Below, piece by piece: positions 39,829-50,293 of a DNA stretch of 64,000 bases. This stretch comes from Alphaproteobacteria bacterium (lineage in GTDB: Bacteria > Pseudomonadota > Alphaproteobacteria > UBA6615), in NCBI GenBank assembly GCA_050246875.1, contig JBFWVF010000001.1, positions 226,640 to 290,639 of the forward strand. Reading direction: 5' to 3'. Numbering within the stretch: position 1 is the stretch's first letter; each line of letters starts with the position of its first letter. The notes beneath the pieces are model-generated. The model did not search any database, was not told the DNA's origin, and saw only the letters and a program-made list of their open reading frames with translations. The position numbers were made by a program, and so were the translations under genes.

Positions 39829-40797
39829 CTACTGCGGCACGGGCAGCGGCCGTCGCGCCTGGATGGCGGCGGTGATCGTCTCCAGCACCGCGACGTCGTG
39901 GACCATCTGCTCGGGCGTGATCAGGTAGGTCTCCTTGCCCGCGCAGGCGCCGGCGAAGTTCTCGTCGTTGCGGCGCACCTGCTCCTCCTGCGTCAGCGGC
40001 GGCAGGTCGCGCAGCTCCGGGGACTGGCCCTTGAAGCCGACGAGGATCTGGTCCGGCCCGGTGCGGCGCACCCAGCCCTTGGTGCCGAGGATCTGCATGT
40101 GCACCGTCGGCGGCGTGTTGGTGACGTTGCAGATGTAGCCCGTCGCGCCGTTGGCGAAGCGCAGCACGGCGAGGGCGCTGTCGTTGGTCATGCCGACCGT
40201 CGCCGTCTGGCCGAAGGCCTCGGTCATGCGGCCCAGCATGTACTGGAAGTTGTCGATGGTGTGGATGCCCATGTGGTAGAGGCCGGCGGCGGGCGCCTCC
40301 TCGGCCGATTTGCGCCAGCCCTCGACCGGCACCAGCACGTCGTGGCTCATGTTGAACTCGGCATGCACGATGTGCCCGAGTTCGCCGCAGTCGATGAGCT
40401 TCTTCATCGCCTGGATGACGCTCGAATGACGCGAGTTGTGGCCGAGGCCGAGCTGGATGCCGGCCGCCTTCGCCGCCGCCACCGAGCGCTCGGCGTCGGC
40501 CTTCGACAGCGCGAACGGCTTCTCCGTCAGCACATGCTTGCCGGCCTTCGCGGCGGCGATGATCTGCGGCGTGTGCTGCGAATGCGGCGTGACCAGCACG
40601 ACGGCGTCGACCGCCTTGTCGGCGAGGACCTCGTCGTAGCTGTCGGTGACCTTGAGACCGAACGACTTCGCCGCCTCGCGCACCTTGTCGGGCAGCGCGT
40701 CGACCACCTTCACGCAGCGGATCTTGCCGCTGCCCGCGATCGCCCGGGCATGCGTCTGACCCCACCAGCCAAACCCCACGATGGCTGCATTGATCAT
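39829..40797 (-). CDS. Gfo/Idh/MocA-family oxidoreductase, paralog 1
   Basis: ATG 40797 (MINAAIVGFGWWG) after AAGGGG. Rossmann N-terminus plus GFO_IDH_MocA C-terminal domain. Confidence 0.8.
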   Translation of the reverse strand: MINAAIVGFGWWGQTHARAIAGSGKIRCVKVVDALPDKVREAAKSFGLKVTDSYDEVLADKAVDAVVLVTPHSQHTPQIIAAAKAGKHVLTEKPFALSKADAERSVAAAKAAGIQLGLGHNSRHSSVIQAMKKLIDCGELGHIVHAEFNMSHDVLVPVEGWRKSAEEAPAAGLYHMGIHTIDNFQYMLGRMTEAFGQTATVGMTNDSALAVLRFANGATGYICNVTNTPPTVHMQILGTKGWVRRTGPDQILVGFKGQSPELRDLPPLTQEEQVRRNDENFAGACAGKETYLITPEQMVHDVAVLETITAAIQARRPLPVPQ

Positions 40798-40909
40798 GTC
40801 CAACCCCTTGTCTTGCTTGTTGTTGGGGCACCGGACGCGCCGGGCCCGTGATGCCGCAGGCGGTGACAAAGGCCCCCGCGGCGCGCCTGCCGGCGCCCGG
40901 GGGCGAGAC

Positions 40910-41869
40910 TCAGAGAACGTCCTCCGGCCGGCCGCTGTCGAGCGAGCGCGCGGTGGCGTCGAGCACGGCGACGTCGTGGATCATCTCGTCCGGCGCGATG
41001 AGGTAGTCGCCACGCCCGGCGACCGCATCGGCAAAGCACTCGACGTTGTTACGCACGGGATCCTCGGGCGCGAAGGACAGCGCCTCCGGCGTGCCGCCCC
41101 TGGCGCAGACGACCAGCTCGGTCGGCCCGGTGAAGCGCGCCCAGCCGCCGGTGCCGAAGACCTGGATATGGCGCGACGGCGGCGTGACGAGGACGTTGCT
41201 CACCGTGCCCGTCTGCCCGCCGGCGTAGGAGATGACGGCGACGCCGGTGTCGGCGAACTGCACCGTGCTGGCGCGCCGGGCGTAGACCTGCGTCGCGCGC
41301 CCGACCCAGTGCTGGAAGACATCGATCGAATGGCTGCCCATGTGCCACAGGCCGCCGCCCGGCGCCTCCTTCGGGTCGGCGCGCCAGCTCCGCACGTTCA
41401 TCAGCGTGTCGTGGCTGGTGTTGGCCTCGAGCAGGGTGACGGTGCCGAGCGCGCCATCGGCGATGCGACGCTTGATCTCGCGCTGCGGCGGGCTGAAGCG
41501 CTGGTTGTGGCCGAGGCCGAGCCGGATGTCCGCCTTTCGCGCCGCCGCCACCGCGCGCTCCGCCTCGGCCTTCGACAGGGCGAACGGCTTTTCCGTGAAC
41601 ACGTGCTTGCCGGCCGCCGCCGCCGCGACGATCTGGTCGGTGTGCAGCGAATGCGGCGTGACGAGGATCACGGCGTCGATGCGCGGGTCGGCCAGCACCT
41701 CGGCATAGTCGCGTGACAGCGGCAGGTTCAGTTCGCTTGCGAAGTCGCGGTGGGCATCCAGGTTGGCGTCGACCAGACGCGTGATACGGACCTTGTCGCT
41801 CTTGCCGTGCAGCGAGCGAACATGCGTGCGGCCCCACCAGCCGAGGCCGACGACGGCGACGTTGAGCAT
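40910..41869 (-). CDS. Gfo/Idh/MocA-family oxidoreductase, paralog 2
   Basis: ATG 41869 (MLNVAVVGLGWWG) after GGGAAG. Tandem paralog of the preceding gene. Confidence 0.8.
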   Translation of the reverse strand: MLNVAVVGLGWWGRTHVRSLHGKSDKVRITRLVDANLDAHRDFASELNLPLSRDYAEVLADPRIDAVILVTPHSLHTDQIVAAAAAGKHVFTEKPFALSKAEAERAVAAARKADIRLGLGHNQRFSPPQREIKRRIADGALGTVTLLEANTSHDTLMNVRSWRADPKEAPGGGLWHMGSHSIDVFQHWVGRATQVYARRASTVQFADTGVAVISYAGGQTGTVSNVLVTPPSRHIQVFGTGGWARFTGPTELVVCARGGTPEALSFAPEDPVRNNVECFADAVAGRGDYLIAPDEMIHDVAVLDATARSLDSGRPEDVL

Positions 41870-42071
41870 CCCACACTTCCCCATACCCCGATACGTCGCG
41901 CAGCATAACAGGCGCGGGCCCGATGGCGCGCTGCCCATCGCGTCGGGACTTCCGGAGAATGGCACGAACAGGTCTTGTGACGCGTCTCGACCGACGAGAC
42001 GGGTCACCTCGGTTCTTTGTCGCCGGCACCAGGGCGGCTAGTCTCGGCCGGCACGACGCGAGGAGGGCGGC

Positions 42072-43103
42072 ATGCGGTTCGGTCTGTTCGGCTCGACCCA
42101 GGTCAAGCGCGGCGATTCGCTCGACGGCAGCCACGGCTTCGCCCGCTTCATCGACTACAACGTCGAGGCCGAGGCGCTCGGCTTCCACTCCTCCTTCGTC
42201 GTCGAGCACCATTTCACCGGCTTCGGCCAGGTCTCGGCGACGCTGACGCTGCTGGCCTGGCTCGGCGCGCGCACCACGACGCTGCGGCTCGGCACCGCCG
42301 TCATCGTGCTGCCCTGGCACAACCCGATCCTGCTCGCCGAGCAGGCGGCGACCATCGACCTGATGACCGGCGGCCGGCTCGACCTCGGCATCGGCAAGGG
42401 CTACCGCTACAACGAGTTCGCCGGCTTCGGCATTCCCATGGAGGAGGCCGACGCGCGCTTCGAGGAATCGCTCGAACTGCTGCTCAGGTCATGGACCAGC
42501 GAGGAGCGCTGGTCGCACAAGGGCCGGTTCTACGAATTCGCGGATGTCGTCGTCGAACCGCCGTCGGTGCAGAAGCCGCATCCGCCGATCTGGATGGGCG
42601 CCGGCAGCCAGCGGTCGCTCGACATGGTGGCGCAGCGCGGATTCAACCTGCTGCTCGACCAGATCTCGCCGATCGACGCGGCGATCGAGCGCTTCGCCTA
42701 CTACCGCGGCCGCGTCCAGGCGCTGGGCCGGACGTTCAATCCCTATCAGGTCGGCCTCAGCCGCGGCCTCTATGTGGCCAAGGACGCTGCCGACCGCGAC
42801 GCAGCGATCGAGCGGCGCATCGCCGCGCGCGCCCGTATCGACGCGCTGGCGCAGCGCCCCGACGGCAAGAACACCGCCTCGCTTCTGTCCTTCGACCTCG
42901 GCGACGCGGTGCGCGACGGCGTTCTGTTCGGCACCGTCGACGAGATCGCCGCGCGCATCGAGCGCCTGCACAAGGCCGGCGTCCGCTACATGCTGGTGAC
43001 CGACGGCGGCAGCGGCATCGAGGGCCTGCGCACCTTCGCGCGCGAGATCATCCCGGCCTTCGCCGATCCCGAGGACGCGACGCTGGCCGCCGCCGCGGAG
43101 TAA
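42072..43103 (+). CDS. LLM-class (luciferase-like) flavin-dependent oxidoreductase
   Basis: 343 aa bacterial luciferase-like TIM barrel. RBS GAGGAG. Confidence 0.8.
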   Translation: MRFGLFGSTQVKRGDSLDGSHGFARFIDYNVEAEALGFHSSFVVEHHFTGFGQVSATLTLLAWLGARTTTLRLGTAVIVLPWHNPILLAEQAATIDLMTGGRLDLGIGKGYRYNEFAGFGIPMEEADARFEESLELLLRSWTSEERWSHKGRFYEFADVVVEPPSVQKPHPPIWMGAGSQRSLDMVAQRGFNLLLDQISPIDAAIERFAYYRGRVQALGRTFNPYQVGLSRGLYVAKDAADRDAAIERRIAARARIDALAQRPDGKNTASLLSFDLGDAVRDGVLFGTVDEIAARIERLHKAGVRYMLVTDGGSGIEGLRTFAREIIPAFADPEDATLAAAAE

Positions 43104-43182
43104 CGGGGGCCTCGACGCTCGACCCGCGCGCCCTTGCCATGCTATCCGGTGGCCTTACTTAACGCGCGTTAAGGAGGCGATC

Positions 43183-43968
43183 ATGGCCCTGGTGCTCTAT
43201 CACAACCACGCGTCGACCTGTTCGCAGAAGGTCCGCATCTGCCTCGCCGAGAAGGGCGTGCCGTGGGAGAGCCGCAACATCGACCTCGGCGCGCGCGAGA
43301 ACCTCGGCCCCGAATACCTCGCCATCAATCCCAATGGCGTCGTGCCGGCGATGGCGCATGACGGCCGCGTCGTCATCGAGTCGACGGTGATGTGCGAGTA
43401 CATCGAGGAAGTCTGGCCGAACGAGCCGCGCCTGTCGCCGGCCGACCCCGTCGACCGCGCCCGCATGCGCGCCTGGCTGCGCTACATCGACGAGGTACCG
43501 TCGATGGCCATCCGCGTGCCGACCTTCAACGATCTGCTGCTGCCCAGCTACCAGCGCATGAACGAGGCCGAGTTCGCCCGCTTCGCCGACGCCAACCCGC
43601 TGCGCCGCCAGTTCTTCCTGCGCATGGGCCGCGCCGGCTTCAGCGCGCAGGAATACGACATCGCCATGAAGCAGCTCGACCAGACGGTCGAGCGCATGAA
43701 GGCGGCGCTGGCGGACGGCCCATGGCTGGTCGGCGACCAGTACACCATCGCCGACATCTGCATCGTGCCGGTCTTCCAGCGCATGGACGACCTCGGCATG
43801 TGGCAGGTGTGGGAAGGCAAGGCGCCGCGCGTGACCGACTGGTACGCGCGCCTGCGCGCCCGGCCGGCCTACAAGGCGGCCTTCTATCCCGGAACGCGCA
43901 TGACCGAACTGTTCCCGCAGCTCGCCGAGAAGCAGCGCGCCCGCGAAGCCGCGAAGGCCGCGGAATAG
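43183..43968 (+). CDS. Glutathione S-transferase family protein
   Basis: 261 aa, thioredoxin-like N-domain followed by GST C-domain. RBS AAGGAGG. Confidence 0.8.
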   Translation: MALVLYHNHASTCSQKVRICLAEKGVPWESRNIDLGARENLGPEYLAINPNGVVPAMAHDGRVVIESTVMCEYIEEVWPNEPRLSPADPVDRARMRAWLRYIDEVPSMAIRVPTFNDLLLPSYQRMNEAEFARFADANPLRRQFFLRMGRAGFSAQEYDIAMKQLDQTVERMKAALADGPWLVGDQYTIADICIVPVFQRMDDLGMWQVWEGKAPRVTDWYARLRARPAYKAAFYPGTRMTELFPQLAEKQRAREAAKAAE

Positions 43969-43999
43969 TCGCGGAGCGGCGCCTGACCGCCTGCCGCCC

Positions 44000-44413
44000 C
44001 TACTTCTTCGGCTCCGGCAGCTTCGCCTCGCGCGGCTCGGTCGGGCCGCCGGCCTTGGCCCAGGCGCCGTAGCCGCCGGCCATGTGCGCGACCGGGGCGA
44101 GGCCCATCCGGTGCACCGCCTGCGCGGCCAGCGCCGAGCGCATGCCGCCGGCGCAGAAGAAGATGAACTTCTTTCCCGAGCCGAAGGTGTCCCGATAGTA
44201 GGGGCTCTGCGGGTCGACCCAGAATTCGAGCATGCCGCGCGGCGCATGAACGGAGCCGGGAATGGTGCCGTCGCGCCACAGTTCGCGCACGTCGCGGATG
44301 TCGACGAGCTGCACCTGCGGATCGTCGCGCACGGCCATGACCTGTTCGATGGTCATAGTCTCGATCTCGCGCTCGGCCTCGGCGCAGAGTTCCTTGATAC
44401 CCTTGGTGATCAT
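44000..44413 (-). CDS. Rhodanese-domain sulfurtransferase
   Basis: 137 aa with active-site loop CAGGMRS. Confidence 0.75.
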   Translation of the reverse strand: MITKGIKELCAEAEREIETMTIEQVMAVRDDPQVQLVDIRDVRELWRDGTIPGSVHAPRGMLEFWVDPQSPYYRDTFGSGKKFIFFCAGGMRSALAAQAVHRMGLAPVAHMAGGYGAWAKAGGPTEPREAKLPEPKK

Positions 44414-44463
44414 GCCAACCTCCAGACGCGACCGCGCCAGTCAAGGCGCGACGTCGCCGGCCG

Positions 44464-45348
44464 TCAAGGGGCGGAGGGCTTGCGTTCCTTCACGGCCAGC
44501 AGCGTCGCGCCGGCGATGATCGTGCCGGCGCCGAGCCAGGTCCACAGCGTCGGCACCTCGGCGAACAGCAGGTAGCCGAACAGCGCCGCGAAGATCAGGC
44601 GCACGAAGGTCAGCGGTTCGACCGCCGCGATGTCGCCGTCGCGATAGGCCTGGTTCCAGCACAGGTGCCCGCCCGTCCCCATGGCCGCGATGAAGATGAG
44701 CAGGACGAACTGCTCGGGCGTCGGCCAGGTCCACACGAACAGCGAGGCGACGAAGGTGACCGGCGAGACGATGAGGCCGAGCCAGACGACGACGGCCGCG
44801 TTCGACTCGGTCTTCAGCAGGGTCTTGACGATCAGCCGCGCGAAGGTCAGCGAGATGGCGGCCGTCAGGACCAGCAGCGTTCCCGTGTTCACCACCTCGA
44901 AGCCCGGCCGGATGACGATCAGCGCGCCCGCGAACCCGAGCGCGATGGCGATCCATCGATGCGGCTTCGGCGCCTCGCGGTAGACGAAGATAGCGGCGGC
45001 GGCGGTGATGACCGGCACGGTGAAGTTGAGCGCCGTCGCCTCGGCAAGCGGGATCAGGGCCAGAGCGCTGAACCAGGCCATCATGCTGACCGACTGCAGC
45101 AGGCCGCGCGTCAGCACCAGCCCGGGCCGGCGCGGCCACATCGAGCGGAAGCCGAGCTTCCAGACCACCGGCAACAGCATCGGCAGCGACAGGAAGGCGC
45201 GGAAGAAGGCGATCTCGATCGGGTGGATCTCGCCCGCCGTGTACTTGATGCCGCTGTGCATGGCGGCGAAGAAGGCGCCGGCGAGCGTCATCAGCAGCAC
45301 GCCCCGCAGCGTGCCGCCCTGCCGCAAGCTGTCCGCCATCGCCGACAT
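44464..45348 (-). CDS. DMT-superfamily (EamA) transporter
   Basis: About 10-TM protein with two EamA repeats. Start uncertain (45348 or 45414). Confidence 0.7.
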   Translation of the reverse strand: MSAMADSLRQGGTLRGVLLMTLAGAFFAAMHSGIKYTAGEIHPIEIAFFRAFLSLPMLLPVVWKLGFRSMWPRRPGLVLTRGLLQSVSMMAWFSALALIPLAEATALNFTVPVITAAAAIFVYREAPKPHRWIAIALGFAGALIVIRPGFEVVNTGTLLVLTAAISLTFARLIVKTLLKTESNAAVVVWLGLIVSPVTFVASLFVWTWPTPEQFVLLIFIAAMGTGGHLCWNQAYRDGDIAAVEPLTFVRLIFAALFGYLLFAEVPTLWTWLGAGTIIAGATLLAVKERKPSAP

Positions 45349-45460
45349 CCATCGCGCTCCCGCCCCGCGCACGGGGCCAACCGCGGCGGCGGGCGCACTA
45401 TAGGCGCGGGGCACGACGCCGGCCCAGCGTCGCCTGCAACCCAGCCGTGCGCGTCCCCCG

Positions 45461-46942
45461 ATGGTTGCCCCCGGCCCGGCCGGGCGCTACATGACGCGGG
45501 CCATGGCCGCGCCCTCGCTTCGCCCCGCCACCGCCGCACCGCTGCCGCCCGGCCTCGCCGAGCGCTTCGCGGCCATCGTCGGGCCGGCCGGCCTCGTCGA
45601 CGCGTCCGACGCGATGGCGCCATACCTCGCCGAGACGCGCGGCCTCTATCGCGGCACGAGCCCGCTCGTCGTGCGCCCGGCCTCGACCGGGGAAGTGGCC
45701 GAGGTGGTGCGCCTCGCCGCCGCCAGCCGCGTCGCCATCGTGCCGCAGGGCGGCAATACCGGCCTCGTCGGCGGCGCCGTGGCGCAGGGCGAGGTGATCG
45801 TCGCGCTCGGCCGCATGAACCGCGTCCGCGCGATCGACCCTGTCGACTACACGATGACCGTCGATGCCGGCTGCATCCTCGCCGACATCCAGGCCGCCGC
45901 CGTCGCGCAGGACCGTCTGTTTCCGCTGTCGCTCGGCGCCGAGGGCAGTTGCCAGATCGGCGGCAATCTCTCGACCAATGCCGGCGGCACCCAGGTCCTG
46001 CGCTACGGCAACACCCGCGAACTCTGCCTCGGCCTCGAAGCCGTGCTGCCGGACGGCCGTGTCTGGGACGGGCTGCGGGCGCTGCGCAAGAACAACACGG
46101 GCTACGACCTCAAGCACCTCCTCATCGGCGGCGAGGGCACCCTCGGCATCATCACCGGCGCCGTCCTGCGCCTGTTCCCGCTGCCGAAGGAGCGGCCGGC
46201 CGCGTTCGTCGCCCTGGCCGGCCTCGACGAGGCGCTGGAACTGCTGTCGCGCCTGCGCCGCGCCACCGCCGACGCGCTTTCCGGCTTCGAACTGATCCCG
46301 CGCCTCGCCATCGACCTGGCCCGCAAGCACAACCCCGTCGCCATCGATCCGCTGGCCGGCCGCCACGACTGGTACGCGCTGGTCGAGGCCGAAGCCGCCG
46401 AGGCCGGCGGCGGCCTCGCCGCCGCGCTGGAGACGGCGCTGGGCAGGGCGCTGGAGGACGGCATCATCGCCGACGCCGCCATCGCCCAGTCCGAACAGCA
46501 GCGGCGGGCCTTCTGGCACCTGCGCGAGGCGCTCGTGCTGGCCCAGACGCCCGAAGGCGCCAGCATCAAGAACGACGTCTCGGTGCCGGTCTCGCGCGTG
46601 CCGGAGTTGATCCGCGAGGCGACGGCGGCCGTCCTGGCGCGCTGCCCGGAGGCGCGGCCCCTGCCCTTCGGCCATGTCGGCGACGGCAACGTGCATTTCA
46701 ACATCCAGCAGCCGGAGGGCGGCGACAACGCCGCCTTCCTCGCCCGCTGGGACGAACTGACCGGCGCGGTCAACGAGGTCGTCGCGGCGCTCGGCGGCAG
46801 CTTCAGCGCCGAGCATGGCATCGGCCGCTTGAAGGTCGCCGACCTGCGGACCTACAAGAACCCGGTCGAACTCGACATGATGCGGGCGATCAAACGGGCG
46901 CTCGACCCCGACGGGCTGATGAACCCCGGCGCTGTGCTCTAG
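45461..46942 (+). CDS. FAD-linked oxidase (GlcD / D-2-hydroxyacid dehydrogenase family)
   Basis: FAD_binding_4 (VVRPASTGEVAEVV...PQGGNTGLVGG) plus FAD-oxidase_C domains. Start ambiguous among ATG 45461, 45491 and 45503. Confidence 0.75.
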   Translation: MVAPGPAGRYMTRAMAAPSLRPATAAPLPPGLAERFAAIVGPAGLVDASDAMAPYLAETRGLYRGTSPLVVRPASTGEVAEVVRLAAASRVAIVPQGGNTGLVGGAVAQGEVIVALGRMNRVRAIDPVDYTMTVDAGCILADIQAAAVAQDRLFPLSLGAEGSCQIGGNLSTNAGGTQVLRYGNTRELCLGLEAVLPDGRVWDGLRALRKNNTGYDLKHLLIGGEGTLGIITGAVLRLFPLPKERPAAFVALAGLDEALELLSRLRRATADALSGFELIPRLAIDLARKHNPVAIDPLAGRHDWYALVEAEAAEAGGGLAAALETALGRALEDGIIADAAIAQSEQQRRAFWHLREALVLAQTPEGASIKNDVSVPVSRVPELIREATAAVLARCPEARPLPFGHVGDGNVHFNIQQPEGGDNAAFLARWDELTGAVNEVVAALGGSFSAEHGIGRLKVADLRTYKNPVELDMMRAIKRALDPDGLMNPGAVL

Positions 46943-46964
46943 GCGGCCGGGGCGGAGGACGCCG

Positions 46965-48761
46965 ATGACCGACTACGCCGCACCCGTGCGCGACATGCGC
47001 TTCGTGCTCGAGGAACTGTGCGACCTCGACGGGCTGGCACGCCTGCCCGCCTTCCCGGACGCGACGCGCGACACGGTCGCCCAGATTCTCGAGGAGGCCG
47101 GGCGCTTCGCCGCCGGCGCCATCGCGCCGCTCAACCGCTCCGGCGACATCGAGGGCGCGAAGCTGGTGGACGGCAAGGTGCAGACACCGGCGGGCTACGC
47201 CGACGCCTACAAGGCGTTCGTCGAGGGCGGCTGGAACGGCATGCCGTTCCCGACCGAGATCGGCGGCATGGGCCTGCCTTGGGCGGTCGCCACGGCGATG
47301 CAGGAAATGATCATGGCGGCCAACCTGTCGTGGTCGACCTGTCCGCTGCTCACCTTCGGCGCCGTCGAGGCGCTGATGGCGCACGGCTCGGACGCGCTCA
47401 AGGAAACCTACCTGCCGAAGCTCGTGACCGGCGAGTGGTCGGGCACGATGAACCTCACGGAGCCGCAGGCCGGCACCGACCTCGCGCTGCTGCGCACGCG
47501 CGCGGTGCCGGAAGGCGACCACTACCGCATCACCGGCACCAAGATCTTCATCACCTACGGCGAACACGAACTGGCCGACAACATCATCCATCTCGTGCTC
47601 GCCCGCCTGCCCGACGCGCCGCCGGGCGTGCGCGGCATCAGCCTGTTCCTCGTGCCGAAATACCTCGTCAACGCCGACGGCAGCCGCGGCGAGAAGAACG
47701 ACCTGCGCGCCGTCTCGCTGGAACACAAGATGGGCCTGCGCGGCTCGCCCACCTGCGTCATGTCGTACGGCGACAACGGCGGCGCCATCGGCTGGCTGAT
47801 CGGCGAGGAGAACCAGGGCCTGCGCTGCATGTTCACGATGATGAACAACGCGCGCCTCAATGTCGGCCTGCAGGGCGTCGCAATCGGCGACCGCGCCTAC
47901 CAGCAGGCGCTGGCCTATGCCCGCCAGCGCGTGCAGTCGGTTCCCGTGTCGGGCGGCGACAAGTCGGTGACCATCATCAACCATCCCGACGTGCGACGGA
48001 TGCTGATGACCGTGCGCGCGCAGACCGAGGCGTCGCGCGCGCTGGCCTACTACGCCAATGCCTGCCTCGACCGCGCGCACCACGACGAGGACGAGGGCGA
48101 ACGGCGGCGCTGGCAGGTCAGGACCGACCTGCTGACGCCGATCGTCAAGGCGTGGTCGACCGACCTCGGCGTCGACAGCGCCTCGATCGGCATCCAGGTG
48201 CATGGCGGCATGGGCTTCATCGAGGAGACGGGCGCCGCCCAGCATCTGCGCGACATCCGCATCGCGCCGATCTACGAGGGCACCAACGGCATCCAGGCGA
48301 ACGACCTGCTGGGCCGCAAGCTGCTCCGCGACGGCGGCGCCGGCATGGTGGCACTGGTTTCCGAGATCGCCGTGACGGCGCGCAACCTGCGCCGGGAAGG
48401 CAACGGCGACGGCGACCTCGCGGCCATCGCCGACGCCCTCGACCGCGGCCGCGCCGACCTCGAACGGGCCACCGCCTGGCTGCTCGACAACACCGCCAAC
48501 GACATCGACCAGAAATATGCCGGCGCCGTGCCCTATCTGCACCTCGCCGGCACGGTGGCCGGCGGCTGGCAGATGGCACGGGCCGCCTGGGCCGCTCGCA
48601 AACGCCTCGACGACGGCGACGGCGACCGGGCGTTCCTGACCGCCAAGCTGGCCACCGCCCGCTTCTTCGCCGACCACATCCTGCCGCGCACGGCCGCCTA
48701 CCTGCCGTCCATCACCGACGGCGCCGCCTCGGTGCTGGCGCTGGCGCCGGATGAATTCTGA
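46965..48761 (+). CDS. Acyl-CoA dehydrogenase family protein (long, AidB/FadE-like)
   Basis: 598 aa with ACAD N, middle and C domains (YGDNGGAIGWLIGEENQGL). RBS GGAGGA. Confidence 0.85.
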   Translation: MTDYAAPVRDMRFVLEELCDLDGLARLPAFPDATRDTVAQILEEAGRFAAGAIAPLNRSGDIEGAKLVDGKVQTPAGYADAYKAFVEGGWNGMPFPTEIGGMGLPWAVATAMQEMIMAANLSWSTCPLLTFGAVEALMAHGSDALKETYLPKLVTGEWSGTMNLTEPQAGTDLALLRTRAVPEGDHYRITGTKIFITYGEHELADNIIHLVLARLPDAPPGVRGISLFLVPKYLVNADGSRGEKNDLRAVSLEHKMGLRGSPTCVMSYGDNGGAIGWLIGEENQGLRCMFTMMNNARLNVGLQGVAIGDRAYQQALAYARQRVQSVPVSGGDKSVTIINHPDVRRMLMTVRAQTEASRALAYYANACLDRAHHDEDEGERRRWQVRTDLLTPIVKAWSTDLGVDSASIGIQVHGGMGFIEETGAAQHLRDIRIAPIYEGTNGIQANDLLGRKLLRDGGAGMVALVSEIAVTARNLRREGNGDGDLAAIADALDRGRADLERATAWLLDNTANDIDQKYAGAVPYLHLAGTVAGGWQMARAAWAARKRLDDGDGDRAFLTAKLATARFFADHILPRTAAYLPSITDGAASVLALAPDEF

Positions 48762-48876
48762 GGCGAGGGGCCACGGTCCCAAAAACTCCTTGCATGGGGG
48801 GGGCAATTCCGTCAAAAGGCCCCCCTTGCGCGCAACCCTTGGCGCATCGGCCTCGCGAACGGGGGTTCCCGACGAA

Positions 48877-49320
48877 ATGAACAAGCTGCACGTCGCTGCC
48901 GACATGGTGCCGGAGGCTTCTGCCAGCCGGCCGCAGACGGAGCCGCAACCCGACTATTTCATCACCCAGGACGGCGTGTCCTTCGCCGGTCGGCACCTGC
49001 TGCTCGACCTGTGGGGCGCCAAGCGCCTGGACGACCCGGCCCATATCGAGGCCGCCCTGCGCGAGGCCGTCGAGGCTTCCGGGGCCACCCTGCTCCACAT
49101 CCACCTGCACCATTTCTCGCCCGAGGGCGGCGTCTCCGGCGTCGCGGTGCTGGCCGAGAGCCACATCTCCATCCACACTTGGCCGGAGCGCGGCTTTGCC
49201 GCGCTCGACGTCTTCATGTGCGGCAAGTGCAATCCGCATCTGGCCGTGCCGGTGTTCAAGCGCGCCTTCGGCGCCACCGCCATCTCGCTCAACGAGACCC
49301 GCCGGGGCCTCGTCCCTTGA
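48877..49320 (+). CDS. speD: S-adenosylmethionine decarboxylase proenzyme (small bacterial SpeH type)
   Basis: ATG 48877 (MNKLHV). Self-processing/active-site motif LAESHISIHTWPE. Confidence 0.8.
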   Translation: MNKLHVAADMVPEASASRPQTEPQPDYFITQDGVSFAGRHLLLDLWGAKRLDDPAHIEAALREAVEASGATLLHIHLHHFSPEGGVSGVAVLAESHISIHTWPERGFAALDVFMCGKCNPHLAVPVFKRAFGATAISLNETRRGLVP

Positions 49321-50198
49321 GCGGCGCCGAAGGGCGCTGGCAGCGCTTCGACGAGGGCCTCGAGGTCGGGCTGACCACGGGGCTGCGGATCGGCAGCGAG
49401 CTGTACCGCGAGACCTCCGCGTTCTACGACCTCGCCATCTACGAGACGACCGACTTCGGCCGCGCGCTGGTGATGGACAACATCATCCAGACGACCGAGC
49501 GCGACGAGTTCGTCTATCACGAGATGCTGACCCACACGCCGATCTTCGCCCATGGCGGCGCGACCGACGTGCTGATCATCGGCGGTGGCGACGGCGGCAT
49601 GCTGGAGGAGGTGCTGAAGCACCGTTCCGTGCGCCGGGCGACCATGGTCGAGATCGACGGCCATGTCGTCGACCTCTGCCGCAAGTACATCCCCGGCATC
49701 TGCGGCAAGGCCTTCGAGGATCCGCGCACCGACCTCGTCATCGCCGATGGCGCCGCCTATGTGCGCGACACCGACGCGCGCTTCGACGTCATCATCATCG
49801 ACTCGCCCGACCCGATGGGCCCGGCGAAGGTGCTGTTCGAGGAGCCGTTCTACATCAACTGCAAGCGCGTGCTGCGCCCCGGCGGCGTGGTCGTGCGGCA
49901 GAACGGCATCCCGCTGCTGCAGACCGACGAACTCGAGGAGGCGATGACGCTGCTGTCGCGCCATTTCGCCGACGTCGCCTGCTACATGGCGACGGTGCCG
50001 ACCTACACCGGTGCCCACATGGCCTTCGGCTGGGCCTCCGACGATCCGGCCAAGCGCACCATCGACGCCGACATGCTGGCGCGCCGCCAGGCGGCGTCCG
50101 GCATCGCCACGCGCTACTGGTCGCCGACGCTCCATCGCGGCGCCTTCGCCGTGCCGGCCTATGTCGAAGAGGTCGTGCGGAAGGCGCGCGGGCGGTAG
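49317..50198 (+). CDS. speE: Spermidine synthase (polyamine aminopropyltransferase)
   Basis: Collinear with E. coli SpeE (QTTERDEFVYHEMLTHTP, GGGDGGMLEEV, DSPDPMGP). The only in-frame start before the conserved Trp is TTG 49317, which overlaps the speD TGA. Confidence 0.8.
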   Translation: MSGAEGRWQRFDEGLEVGLTTGLRIGSELYRETSAFYDLAIYETTDFGRALVMDNIIQTTERDEFVYHEMLTHTPIFAHGGATDVLIIGGGDGGMLEEVLKHRSVRRATMVEIDGHVVDLCRKYIPGICGKAFEDPRTDLVIADGAAYVRDTDARFDVIIIDSPDPMGPAKVLFEEPFYINCKRVLRPGGVVVRQNGIPLLQTDELEEAMTLLSRHFADVACYMATVPTYTGAHMAFGWASDDPAKRTIDADMLARRQAASGIATRYWSPTLHRGAFAVPAYVEEVVRKARGR

Positions 50199-50293
50199 CG
50201 CAAGCGCCGCAGCTTCGCTGTCATCCATCGAGACGCAGGCTGCGGCTGGCTCCTCAGGGCAAGGCCGCGGGGCGCGACCGGTGGCGCCCGTAA

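Noticed and set aside
37817-40831. 1004-aa minus-strand ORF
   Set aside because: Antisense to sitC, sitD and the Gfo/Idh/MocA gene. It is Arg/Gly-rich junk and overlaps four well-supported genes.
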